NCBI GenBank assembly: GCA_948468315.1
Contig: CAOKHL010000007.1
Coordinates: 1,102 to 65,101, forward strand
Direction of reading: 5' to 3'
From: an uncultured Eubacteriales bacterium
GTDB taxonomy: Bacteria > Bacillota > Clostridia > TANB77 > CAG-508
DNA length: 64,000 nucleotides
Position numbers and translations under genes: made by a program. The notes under the pieces are model-generated. The model ran no database searches. It was not told the DNA's origin and was given only the letters and a program-made list of their open reading frames with translations. Below, in pieces: positions 1 through 9,849 of the stretch (its first letter is position 1; every line of letters begins with the position of its first letter).

Positions 1-4
1 TGAA

Positions 5-292
5 ATGATATGTGATAAAATGTCAGCAAGTATAACTTATAATGGGAAAAATTGGACAAGAAATTCGGAATACGATTATTGGATAAAAGAAAGAGAAAAC
101 ATAGTAGTAAATCCCAAAATAGACAGATTTTTAACAGAAGTATTTACTGAGGTTAAAGATAATGGTATAGAAAAAACAATTACAAAGCAAAATATAAAAG
201 ATTTATATAAGAAATATTGCATAGATGATAAAACAAAATACACATATATTCTTAAAGGAGAATGGAAAAATATTGATGAAAATACTTTATAA
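5..292 (+). CDS. hypothetical protein (95 aa; may extend upstream of the window)
   Basis: ORF track only; no motif recognised. Confidence 0.3.
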   Translation: MICDKMSASITYNGKNWTRNSEYDYWIKERENIVVNPKIDRFLTEVFTEVKDNGIEKTITKQNIKDLYKKYCIDDKTKYTYILKGEWKNIDENTL

Positions 293-333
293 AAAAAGAG
301 CATATTCTCAAAATAAGAAAGGAATGATTTTTT

Positions 334-1255
334 ATGAAAGAAGAAAAGAAAGCAACAAGAGAAAGTTATGGAGAAACATTAGAAAAATTAGGAGAGAAAT
401 ATAAAGATATAGTAGTATTAGATGCAGATTTAGCAACAGCTACCAAAACAATAAAATTCGCAAAAAAATATCCAGATCGATTTTTTGATATGGGAATAGC
501 AGAAGCTAATATGATAAGTACAGCAGCAGGAATGGCAACAACAGGTAAAGTACCTTTTGCAAGCACATTTGCAGTATTTGCAGCAGGTAGAAGCTATGAC
601 CAAATAAGAAATAGTATATGTTATCCAAATTTAAATGTGAAAATTTGCAGTACACATGCAGGAATAACAGTAGGAGAAGATGGAGCTACACACCAGATGT
701 TAGAAGATATAAGTATGATGAGAACACTTCCTAATATGACTGTTTTAAGTCCATCAGATGACATACAAACTCGGATGGGTAATTGAAGAAGCATATAAAA
801 TAAAAGGTCCAGTATATGTAAGACTATCAAGACTTGCTACACCAATTATTTATGAAGAAAATCAAAAGTTTGAACTAGGAAAAATGGTTCAAATAGGAGA
901 TGGAACAGATGCTAGCATATTCGCAACAGGAGATGTTGTATCAGAAGCATTAAAAGCAAAAGAAGAATTAGAAAAGAGAGGAATTAATATAAGAGTAATA
1001 GATGTTCATACAATAAAGCCTATTGATGAAGAAATGATAAAAAAATGTGCAAAAGAAACAAAAAGGCTAATATCAATAGAAGACCATAGCATAATTGGTG
1101 GTTTAGGTTCAGCTATTTCAGAGGTATTAACAAGCAAATATCCTGCAAGACTAGAACGAATGGGAATAAAAGATACATTCGGAAGATCTGGAAAAGCAGA
1201 AGAGTTATTGCATTATTATAATATAGATGCAGAAGAAATTATTAGCAAATTTTAA
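334..1255 (+). CDS. tkt: transketolase C-terminal subunit, split into ORFs 334-786 and 758-1255 by a +1 frame break at in-frame CGG 772-774
   Basis: Motifs [41 protein letters not shown]. Conserved sequence resumes in the +1 frame from GGA 773 (..[23 protein letters not shown]). Confidence 0.85.
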
Positions 1256-1272
1256 CAAAAAAAGGACAAGAT

Positions 1273-1326
1273 GGAGGACAAAAGGGACAGGTCTTTTCGA
1301 GAAAAGACCTGTCCCTTTTGTCCTCC
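1273..1326. terminator. bidirectional hairpin (25-bp perfect stem, 4-nt loop) between convergent tkt and rbr; member of the GGGACAGGTCTTTT palindrome family
   Basis: ggaggacaaaagggacaggtctttt / aaaagacctgtcccttttgtcctcc read directly. Confidence 0.8.
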
Positions 1327-1340
1327 ATTTTGTAAGAAAA

Positions 1341-1883
1341 TTACTCTGGAACTGTATCACTTTCAACCTTATAAAAAGCTTGTGCATGTCCACAAACAGG
1401 GCAGACTGCAGGAGCTTCAAGAGCAATGTGAATATTTCCGCAAACCTTGCATTTCCAGACAACAATTTTATCTTTCTTAAAGATTTTTCCTTCTTCTAAT
1501 TCCTTAAATAATTTCCTAAAAATCTGTTCATGATTTTTTTCAATTTCTCCAATTAATCTAAATCTATTAGCAATTTCTTTAAAGCCTTCTTCATCAGCTT
1601 CAATAGCAAATTGTCTATACATATCAGTCCATTCATAATTTTCACCAGCAGCTGCATCAGATAAATTATCTAAAGTTGGAGTTTTAACACCATTTAAATA
1701 TTTAAAATGTATACGAGCATGAGCATTCTCATTTCCAGAAATTTCTTCAAAGATACTAGCGATTTCTTCGTATCCCTCTTTTTTAGCAAGAGAAGAGTAA
1801 TAAGAATATTTAGTTCTAGCCTCGGATTCTCCCGAAAAAGCTTGCATCAAATTTTTTTCAGTTTTAGAACCTTTTAAATCCAT
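1341..1883 (-). CDS. rbr: rubrerythrin
   Basis: Ferritin-like N-terminal domain ([15 protein letters not shown]) plus C-terminal rubredoxin-like CKVCG...CPVCG. Confidence 0.9.
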   Translation of the reverse strand: MDLKGSKTEKNLMQAFSGESEARTKYSYYSSLAKKEGYEEIASIFEEISGNENAHARIHFKYLNGVKTPTLDNLSDAAAGENYEWTDMYRQFAIEADEEGFKEIANRFRLIGEIEKNHEQIFRKLFKELEEGKIFKKDKIVVWKCKVCGNIHIALEAPAVCPVCGHAQAFYKVESDTVPE

Positions 1884-2108
1884 AAATACCTCCTGAATTT
1901 TTATATATTGACTTTAATATGCACATAATTGGATAATTTATACATTAAGTGCAAAATTTAAAACATTTCAGAAAAAATATAAATAATAAAAAAATATGAA
2001 TTTTTTATTGAATTTATTAAATGTTATTGATATAATTTTTTTATTATAAAAAGTGTTGAAATATTGTTAATATATTTTAGCAAAATAAAGAAGGGAAAAG
2101 AGAAAAGA

Positions 2109-4319
2109 ATGGAGTTATTTAAACAAAAGAGTACAAAAGAAATTAAATCAAGAAAAACAGAGAAGGGAATAACACTAATAGCATTAATTGTAATAATAAT
2201 AGTATTACTAATATTATCAGCAATAAGTATAGCAATGTTAACAGGGCAAAATGGAATATTAGATAAAGCAGCAGAGGGAAAAAGCACAACAGTTATAGCA
2301 GAAGAAAAAGAAATAGTTTCATTTATTGGAATGGAAGCTATGATGGAACTACCATATGGGCAAATTACAAGAACAAATTTAGAAAAAGCTATACAAAGTC
2401 AAAAAAGAAGTAGAGAAATAGAGATAAAGAATGAAACAGACACAGAATTTATAATTTTATTTACAGACACCAAAAGAGAATATACTATTAATAAAACAGG
2501 AGAAAGTGAAGACGAAGGATTAACAAAAACAACAGACCCAACACCAGGAGATTTTGAAGGAGATGGAACAGAGGATAATCCTTATATAATTCAAAGTATA
2601 GAAGATGTTGTAGCATTATCAAGAAATGTAAGCCCAGATAAAAATGATGAAGACAGTTCTACAAAAACATATAATCACTATGAAGGAAAAATATTTAAAT
2701 TTCTTATAACTTTAGATTTTAATGAAAGGGACTCATATGTTAATCCCGATAGAATAGACTTTGGAGATGTTAATGGAGATGGAGTATTACAAACACTAAT
2801 AGAAGAGGTAACAACAGGAGAAGGGTTCAAAGCAATTGGGGAATATAGTCATACATTTAAAGGGACAATAGATGGAAATAACAAACAATTAAGAAATTTA
2901 TATATGAATAATACAAGAGATTATCAGGGATTTATTGGATATGCAATGGGTAATAATGTAGTAGTAAAAAATCTAAACTTCAAAAATGTAAATATAAAAA
3001 CAAATTCATATTCAGCAGTAATTATAGGAAGGTCTGATGCATCAAATACAACAGTTGAAAATTGTACAGTAACAGGAAATTTACAATTTGGAAGTTATTC
3101 AGGAGCAATTGTAGGACAAGCTAAAAACAATGTAACATTAAACAAGAATGTAAATAAAGCAGCAATAAAGATTGCAATAAGAGGAGATAGCTGTGGGGGT
3201 ATAATCGGAGACATCGAATCACCACAAAACATAAATGTTGATAACTGTATAAATACAGGAAAAATAGAGGCGACAGAAACTAGCAATATTGGTGGAATAA
3301 TTGGTTATATGGATAGTTGTACTGCAAATGTAACAAATTGTCATAATACTGCAAATATAACAGCTCAAAATGAAATGGGAGGAATTATAGGAGCAACAGG
3401 ATCTTCATCTACACTTTTATTAAGAATAGAAAATTGCTATAATACAGGAAATATAACAGGAAACGGAACTTATGTAGCAGGAATAGTAGGAGATTTATAT
3501 CAAAGTGCAGATATAATAGGTTGTTACAATACAGGAAATATAGAAGGTAAAACTAATTATGTTGCAGGAATATCAGGAAGAGGTCCATACAATATAAATG
3601 TTGAAAATAGTTATAATAAAGGTACAATAAAAAATGATGGTACATGTGGGGGAATAATTGGAAAATGCGAAGGAGTATCAAATATTACCAAATGTTATAA
3701 TAATGGAGAAATCATATGTAATTCAAATTCTAGTGGATGCGGAGGAATAATTGGTGCAGATAGTGGAGCCTCAGGTGCTACAATTAGTAAATGTTATAAT
3801 ACAGGATATATTACTCAAAACGGTACAGGGCTGGGAATTGGAGGAATTACAGGAAACGGATTTAAAGATATTAACAATTGCTATAATACAGGAAAAATTT
3901 TCTCAAATGGTGGAAGAGTAGGCGGAATTGTAGGACTAAGTATGAGTGGAGGAACTAAACTTGAAAATATTTACAATATAGGAGAAATAGAAACAACTTC
4001 TACTAGTAATGAAATAGGAGGAATTGTAGGATATCTTAATTCAAGTGAAATCTCATTTAAAAATGCATATAATTTTAAACCTATATTGAGTGGAATTGAT
4101 TCAGTAGGTTCAATAGGATATTTATATATAAATTCAATGGAAAAGATTTATTATTTAAAAGGAACTGGAAATGTAGGAAATACATGTGAAACAGGAGCAA
4201 ATACAGCACAAGAGATAGAAACAGAAGCAAATCTAAAAACATTATTAAAAACAGATCTATTATCAGTAGAAGGATGGAAAGAAGATACAAATACAGGTTA
4301 TCCAATTTTAGACTTTTAA
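2109..4319 (+). CDS. large surface protein: pilin-like N-terminal hydrophobic module plus GLUG-motif repeat region
   Basis: N-terminus KGITLIALIVIIIVLLILSAISIAMLTGQNGIL. About 12 repeats of NxxNxGxI....(G/A)GI(I/V)G. ATG 2109 is preferred over the track start 2064. Confidence 0.6.
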   Translation: MELFKQKSTKEIKSRKTEKGITLIALIVIIIVLLILSAISIAMLTGQNGILDKAAEGKSTTVIAEEKEIVSFIGMEAMMELPYGQITRTNLEKAIQSQKRSREIEIKNETDTEFIILFTDTKREYTINKTGESEDEGLTKTTDPTPGDFEGDGTEDNPYIIQSIEDVVALSRNVSPDKNDEDSSTKTYNHYEGKIFKFLITLDFNERDSYVNPDRIDFGDVNGDGVLQTLIEEVTTGEGFKAIGEYSHTFKGTIDGNNKQLRNLYMNNTRDYQGFIGYAMGNNVVVKNLNFKNVNIKTNSYSAVIIGRSDASNTTVENCTVTGNLQFGSYSGAIVGQAKNNVTLNKNVNKAAIKIAIRGDSCGGIIGDIESPQNINVDNCINTGKIEATETSNIGGIIGYMDSCTANVTNCHNTANITAQNEMGGIIGATGSSSTLLLRIENCYNTGNITGNGTYVAGIVGDLYQSADIIGCYNTGNIEGKTNYVAGISGRGPYNINVENSYNKGTIKNDGTCGGIIGKCEGVSNITKCYNNGEIICNSNSSGCGGIIGADSGASGATISKCYNTGYITQNGTGLGIGGITGNGFKDINNCYNTGKIFSNGGRVGGIVGLSMSGGTKLENIYNIGEIETTSTSNEIGGIVGYLNSSEISFKNAYNFKPILSGIDSVGSIGYLYINSMEKIYYLKGTGNVGNTCETGANTAQEIETEANLKTLLKTDLLSVEGWKEDTNTGYPILDF

Positions 4320-4320
4320 G

Positions 4321-4364
4321 ATAAAAGGGACAGGTCTTTTCGTGAAAAGACCTGTCCCTTTTAT
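4321..4364. terminator. hairpin terminator (20-bp perfect stem), same palindrome family, followed by a partial extra arm at 4365-4385
   Basis: ataaaagggacaggtctttt cgtg aaaagacctgtcccttttat immediately after the stop at 4319. Confidence 0.8.
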
Positions 4365-4615
4365 CTCTGTCCCTTTTGTCTTCTTTTTCTTTTTTTATAA
4401 AAAATTAAGAATTATCAAATATACTAAAAGTTACCACTAAATAGCAGAATAATGCAATTTTTCTATATTTTAACTACTTGCAATTTTTATGAAAGTATAA
4501 TATAATGTAAAAGTCTATAAAGACTTAAGAAAACTAAAATAAGAGACGAAAATTTTATAAAAAAGGAAGGGAGGCTATATGTTGGTTGAACACATAAGAC
4601 TAACATAAATTAGCT

Positions 4616-7333
4616 ATGAGTGATAAAAAAAGTAAAGAAAAACCAAGCAAAAAAGATAAAAAAATAAGCAATAAAAAAGAAAAAGTAAAATTTTCTAAAA
4701 AACATCCTAAACTAACTATATTCTTAAGATTGTTAATATTATTAATAGTGATATTAGCGGTAATAGGTACAGGAGTAGTTGTAGGAATGTTATATGGAGG
4801 CCTAGGTGATGACTTCGAAATAACAAAAGAAGAATTAGTAATAGGTTCTTCAAATTCAATTATATTAGACAAAGATGGAAATAAGCTAGCAGAACTAAGT
4901 GGAGATGAAAACAGAAAAATAATAAAACTAGACCAAATGCCAAAAAATCTAAAAAATGCATATGTAGCAATAGAAGATGAAAGATTTTATGACCATAGTG
5001 GTGTTGATTTCAAAAGAACAGCAGCTGCTATAGTGCAATATGTATTACATGGAGGAAAATCATCATTTGGAGGAAGTACAATAACACAACAATTAGTAAA
5101 AAACATAACAAAAGATGATGAAAGGTCAGGAAAAGAAGGAATAATAAGAAAAGTAAAAGAATGGGCAAAAGCATATCAAATAGAAAGAATGATATCAAAA
5201 GACCAAATACTTGAATTATATTTAAACATAATATTTGTTGGGGGAAATAATAATCTTGGTGTAGAAGTAGGAGCAGAATATTATTTTAACAAGCCAGCAT
5301 CTGAATTAGATTTAGCAGAATGCGCATTTTTAGCTGGAATTAACAGTTCTCCAAATTCATATAATCCATATGGAGAAAAAGATAATTCGGAAAAAATAAA
5401 AAAGAAAACGAAAACAGTACTTAACAAAATGCGTGAATTAGGAATGATAGAACAATCAGAATATGATGAAGCAAATAAAAAAGTAGATGAAGGATTACAA
5501 TTCCAAAAAACCGAATCAAAAGGATCAATATATTCATATCATACAGATGCGGCAATAGCACAAGTAATAGAAGATATTGCAAAAGAAAAAGATATTTCAA
5601 AAAGTTTAGCTTCTGCATATGTATATAGTAGTGGGCTTACTATTTATTCAACACAAGACACAAATCTTCAATCACAAATGGATGAAATAATGGTAAAAAA
5701 TAGTGGTGAATATACAAGAAATTCGAAAAAAGTAGAAGGAACAACTTCACAATCAGCAATGGTAATAATAGACAATGAAACAGGGTATGTTGTTGGAGTT
5801 GAAGGAGGACTTGGAGAGAAAAAAGAATCAAGAGGATTAAATAGAGCAACACAAAGTACAAGACAAACAGGTTCCTCAATAAAACCATTAACATCTTTAG
5901 TTCCAGGAATAAATGAAGGAACAATTACAACAGCAACAATATATGATGATAGTGAAACAGACTTTAAAATAAAAGGATGGAAACCAAAAGACTATAATGC
6001 ATTTAAAGGACTAATAAGTGTTAGAAGTGCAGTAACAACATCTCAAAATATACCATTTATAAAAATAGTATCAGAACTTACACCAGCTAAATCAGTAGAA
6101 TACTTAGAAAGGATGGGAGTTACATCAATTAATAAAGAAAAAGATGGATTAGCAGCAGTATCAATAGGTGGATTTACAAATGGTATTACTCCACTTGAAA
6201 TGGCAGGGGCATATGCAACAATAGCAAATAAGGGAGTATACAGAAAACCAGTATTTTATACAAAAGTTACAGACCCAGATGGAAATACAGTTCTAGAGTC
6301 AAAACAAAATCAAGAACAAGTAATATCAGAACAAGCAGCATATGTAATAAAAGACATGTTAAAATCAGTTGTACAAAGTGGTACAGCAACATATTGTAAA
6401 ATATCAGGAATGGATGTAGCTGCAAAAACAGGTACAACAAATGATAATTACGATAAATGGTTATGTGGATTTACAAATTATTATACAGCAGCTTGTTGGT
6501 ATGGATTTGACCAAAATGAAGAAATAAAAGGTTCAACAAATGTAGCAGGAAGAATTTGGGAAGCTGTAATGAAAAAAGTACATTCAGGAAAATCAGGTTC
6601 AAGATTTGATAAACCATCAGGAGTAGTATCAGTATCAATTTGTAGAAATTCAGGTAAAAAAGCAACAAGCAAATGTACAGACACATATCAAGAAATATTT
6701 GTAGAAGGAAAAGTACCAGGAGACTGTGATGGTCATGCAAATTCAGCACAAATCTGTAATGAAACAGGACTACGTGCAAATGAATACTGTCCAGAAAAAG
6801 TAACAAAATATTATTCTTATACAGTAGAAAAAGAAAGATTATCATTATGGAATACATCAAGCTCAAGCTCTAAAAATCCACCAGAAGGATATTGTAATGT
6901 ACACAATGCATCAAACTCTGGAAGTCAAAACCAAAATAGTGATAAAGAACCAACAATAACTTTAAATGGTGAAAAAAGTATTACAATAAATGTTGGAGAC
7001 ACATATTTGGAACAAGGAGCAACAGCAAAAGACGAAAAAGATGGAGATATATCAAGTAAAATAGAAATATCGGGAACAGTAAATACATCTAAAGCTGGAA
7101 AATACACTATTAGCTACACTGTAAAAAATTCTAGTGGAAAAACAGCAACTGTAAAAAGAACTATTACAGTAAAAAGTAAAACTCCAGATCCAAAACCAAA
7201 TGAAACACCAGACACAAACACGAATTCAAACACAAATGCAAATGTAAATGTCCCACCAAATGGAACTGGAACAGGAGGTTCGACAGGTGGAAGTACAGAC
7301 ACAACTAGTGGTGGTACAACATCAGAAGAATAG
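4616..7333 (+). CDS. class A penicillin-binding protein (glycosyltransferase plus transpeptidase) with a long C-terminal extension
   Basis: EDERFYDHSGVD and GGSTITQQLVKN (GT51); STRQTGSSIKP and KTGTT (transpeptidase); N-terminal TM segment. Confidence 0.9.
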   Translation: MSDKKSKEKPSKKDKKISNKKEKVKFSKKHPKLTIFLRLLILLIVILAVIGTGVVVGMLYGGLGDDFEITKEELVIGSSNSIILDKDGNKLAELSGDENRKIIKLDQMPKNLKNAYVAIEDERFYDHSGVDFKRTAAAIVQYVLHGGKSSFGGSTITQQLVKNITKDDERSGKEGIIRKVKEWAKAYQIERMISKDQILELYLNIIFVGGNNNLGVEVGAEYYFNKPASELDLAECAFLAGINSSPNSYNPYGEKDNSEKIKKKTKTVLNKMRELGMIEQSEYDEANKKVDEGLQFQKTESKGSIYSYHTDAAIAQVIEDIAKEKDISKSLASAYVYSSGLTIYSTQDTNLQSQMDEIMVKNSGEYTRNSKKVEGTTSQSAMVIIDNETGYVVGVEGGLGEKKESRGLNRATQSTRQTGSSIKPLTSLVPGINEGTITTATIYDDSETDFKIKGWKPKDYNAFKGLISVRSAVTTSQNIPFIKIVSELTPAKSVEYLERMGVTSINKEKDGLAAVSIGGFTNGITPLEMAGAYATIANKGVYRKPVFYTKVTDPDGNTVLESKQNQEQVISEQAAYVIKDMLKSVVQSGTATYCKISGMDVAAKTGTTNDNYDKWLCGFTNYYTAACWYGFDQNEEIKGSTNVAGRIWEAVMKKVHSGKSGSRFDKPSGVVSVSICRNSGKKATSKCTDTYQEIFVEGKVPGDCDGHANSAQICNETGLRANEYCPEKVTKYYSYTVEKERLSLWNTSSSSSKNPPEGYCNVHNASNSGSQNQNSDKEPTITLNGEKSITINVGDTYLEQGATAKDEKDGDISSKIEISGTVNTSKAGKYTISYTVKNSSGKTATVKRTITVKSKTPDPKPNETPDTNTNSNTNANVNVPPNGTGTGGSTGGSTDTTSGGTTSEE

Positions 7334-7370
7334 ATGGAAAAAATCCATTAAATTAAAAATTAGCAAAAGT

Positions 7371-7410
7371 AGACTGTTATTATCTACTAATTAGATAATA
7401 ACAGTCTTTT
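7371..7410 (+). terminator. rho-independent terminator after the PBP gene
   Basis: 16-bp perfect stem agactgttattatcta/tagataataacagtct followed by a T-run. Confidence 0.8.
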
Positions 7411-7425
7411 GGGAAAGGAAACAGA

Positions 7426-8814
7426 ATGGATATATATTTTTATAACACATTAACAAAAACAAAAGAAAAGTTTATACCAATAAACCAAGAAGAAGTAACA
7501 ATGTACTCATGTGGTCCAACAGTATATAAAGACGCAACAATAGGAAATATGAGAACAAACATAATGAATGACTTAATAAGAAGAGTTTTAAAATATAATG
7601 GATATAAACTAAAACATGCAATGAATATAACAGATGTAGGACATTTAGTTTCAGATGGAGATGAAGGAGAGGACAAAATGGTAAAATCATCAAAGGAAAT
7701 GCACAAAACTCCTACTGAAATAGCGGAATATTATACAAAATTATTTTTCCAAGATTTAGAAAAATTAAATATAGAAACACCAGAAATAGTATGTAAAGCA
7801 ACAGCTCATATACAAGAAATGATAAATTATGTTCAAAAATTAGTAGATAATGGATATGCATATGTTACATCAACAGCAGTGTATTTTGATGTTTCTAAAT
7901 TAGATGAATATGGAATACTATCAGGAATAAAGCTAGATGAACAAAAAGCTGGAGCAAGAGTAGATGTAGATGAAGAAAAAAGAAATCCATATGATTTTGC
8001 TTTATGGATAAAAGCACCTGAAAATCATATTATGAAATGGGAGAGCCCATGGGGACTTTCATATCCAGGATGGCATATAGAATGTTCAGCTATGGGTCAA
8101 AAATATTTAGGAGAAGTATTTGACATACATACAGGAGGAATAGACTTAATTCCTACACATCATGAAAATGAAATTGCGCAAAGTAAAGGAGCATGTGGAA
8201 AAATACCAGCTAGATATTGGATACATGGAGAATTTATGTTAATAAATGGTGGAAAAATGTCAAAAAGTCTAAATAATGCATATTTAGTTAAAGATTTAGA
8301 AGAAAAAGGATATGACCCGCTAACATATAGATTATTCACATATTCAAGTAGTTATAGAACAAAAATAAACTTTACATGGGAAGCAATGGAAGCAAACCAA
8401 AAAGCTCTTGAGAAACTAAGACAAGGGTATAAAAGCAATTTAGAAGGAAATGACAATATAGAAGATGAAGAAATTTCAAAATATGAAGATAAGTTTCATA
8501 AAGCTATAAATGATGACTTTAATATGCCTCTTGCTATGAGTGTAGTTTGGGATGTTATCAAAAATCAGAAAAAGTCAAAAAAATTAGCAGAGTTATTATT
8601 AAAATTTGATACAGTATTAGCTTTAAAAATTGATAAACCATTTGCACAAAAAGAAAGCGATATTCCAAATGAAGTGATAGAATTAGCTGAGAAAAGAAAG
8701 GCAGCAAGAAAAGAAAAAAACTGGCAAGAATCAGATAGATTAAGAGATGAAATTGCAAATAAAGGATATGTAATAAAAGATAGTAAAGAAGGATATGAAT
8801 TGGCTAAAAAATAA
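7426..8814 (+). CDS. cysS: cysteine--tRNA ligase
   Basis: YSCGPTVY, NITDVGHL, GWHIECS, HHENEIAQ, KMSKSLNN. Confidence 0.9.
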   Translation: MDIYFYNTLTKTKEKFIPINQEEVTMYSCGPTVYKDATIGNMRTNIMNDLIRRVLKYNGYKLKHAMNITDVGHLVSDGDEGEDKMVKSSKEMHKTPTEIAEYYTKLFFQDLEKLNIETPEIVCKATAHIQEMINYVQKLVDNGYAYVTSTAVYFDVSKLDEYGILSGIKLDEQKAGARVDVDEEKRNPYDFALWIKAPENHIMKWESPWGLSYPGWHIECSAMGQKYLGEVFDIHTGGIDLIPTHHENEIAQSKGACGKIPARYWIHGEFMLINGGKMSKSLNNAYLVKDLEEKGYDPLTYRLFTYSSSYRTKINFTWEAMEANQKALEKLRQGYKSNLEGNDNIEDEEISKYEDKFHKAINDDFNMPLAMSVVWDVIKNQKKSKKLAELLLKFDTVLALKIDKPFAQKESDIPNEVIELAEKRKAARKEKNWQESDRLRDEIANKGYVIKDSKEGYELAKK

Positions 8815-8841
8815 TCAAAGAGATTAGAATAGGGGGAAAAC

Positions 8842-9849
8842 ATGAGTAAAAAAAGAATAGTAACAGGAGATAGGCCAACAGGAAAGCTTCATATTGGGCA
8901 TTACTTTGGTTCCTTAGTAAATAGAGTGAAAATGCAAGACGAATATGACCAATATATATTAGTAGCAGATGTTCAAGCATTAACAGATAATTTTAATAAT
9001 CCAGAAAAAGTAAGAAACAATGTAAAAGAGCTAGTAATAGATTATTTATCTTGTGGTATAGACCCAGAAAAAACTTGTATTTATATACAATCAATGATAC
9101 CTGAAACAGCAGAACTTACAGTATTTTATTCAAATCTAGTTACAATATCAAGATTACAGAGAAACCCAACAGTAAAAACAGAAATAGCTCAAAAGAAAGA
9201 ACTATTTGGGGAAAGTGTAACATATGGATTTTTAGGATATCCTGTAAGTCAAGCAGGAGATATAACTGTACTTGGTGGGGAAATAGTACCAGCAGGAGAA
9301 GACCAAGAACCATTAATAGAGCAATGCAGAGAAATAGTTAGAAAATTCAATTCTATTTATGGAGAGGTCTTCAAAGAGCCAGAAATATATTTATCACAAA
9401 ACAAAAGAATAAAAGGACTAGATGGTAATGAAAAAATGGGAAAATCATTAGGAAATGCTATATACATATCTGACTCAGAAGAAGAAATAACAAAAAAAAT
9501 AATGAGTGCAGTAACAGATCCAAACAGAATAAAAAAAGATGATAAAGGAAATCCTGATATATGTATGGTATCATATTATCATAAACTATTTAGTTCAGAA
9601 CAAGAATGTAAAACAGTTTGCGAAGAATGTAAAGCTGGAAAAAGAGGATGTGTTCAATGTAAAAAAGAGCTAGCAGCAAATACGATAGAATTTTTAAGAC
9701 CTATGAGAGAAAAAAGAGAATACTTAGAAGCACACCCAGAAATAATAGAAAAAGTTCTAAGAGAAGGAACTGCAAAAGCGAAAAAAGAAGCAGAAGAAAC
9801 AATGAAAAAAGTAAAAAAAGCAATGAAGTTAGATTACTTTTGCGATTAA
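8842..9849 (+). CDS. trpS: tryptophan--tRNA ligase (Cys-rich C-terminal variant)
   Basis: TGDRPTGKLHIGHY, KMGKSLGN; RBS gggggaaaac upstream. Confidence 0.9.
   Translation: MSKKRIVTGDRPTGKLHIGHYFGSLVNRVKMQDEYDQYILVADVQALTDNFNNPEKVRNNVKELVIDYLSCGIDPEKTCIYIQSMIPETAELTVFYSNLVTISRLQRNPTVKTEIAQKKELFGESVTYGFLGYPVSQAGDITVLGGEIVPAGEDQEPLIEQCREIVRKFNSIYGEVFKEPEIYLSQNKRIKGLDGNEKMGKSLGNAIYISDSEEEITKKIMSAVTDPNRIKKDDKGNPDICMVSYYHKLFSSEQECKTVCEECKAGKRGCVQCKKELAANTIEFLRPMREKREYLEAHPEIIEKVLREGTAKAKKEAEETMKKVKKAMKLDYFCD

Noticed and set aside
1227-1499. Plus-strand ORFs 1227-1499 and 1271-1480
   Set aside because: They read through the 25-bp terminator palindrome and then run antisense to rubrerythrin, so they are artefacts.
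2024-2287. Minus-strand ORFs 2024-2287 and 22055-22399 with similar sequences
   Set aside because: Both are antisense to the shared pilin-like N-terminal cassette. The similarity is inherited from the sense genes.
5421-6866. Minus-strand ORFs inside the PBP gene, plus similar Leu/Phe/Ile-rich antisense ORFs at 14460-14810, 20997-21593, 38676-39146, 47489-47830, 57463-57939 and 59018-59332
   Set aside because: These are shadow ORFs on the antisense strand of well-supported genes in AT-rich DNA. Their composition is low-complexity and they have no RBS.
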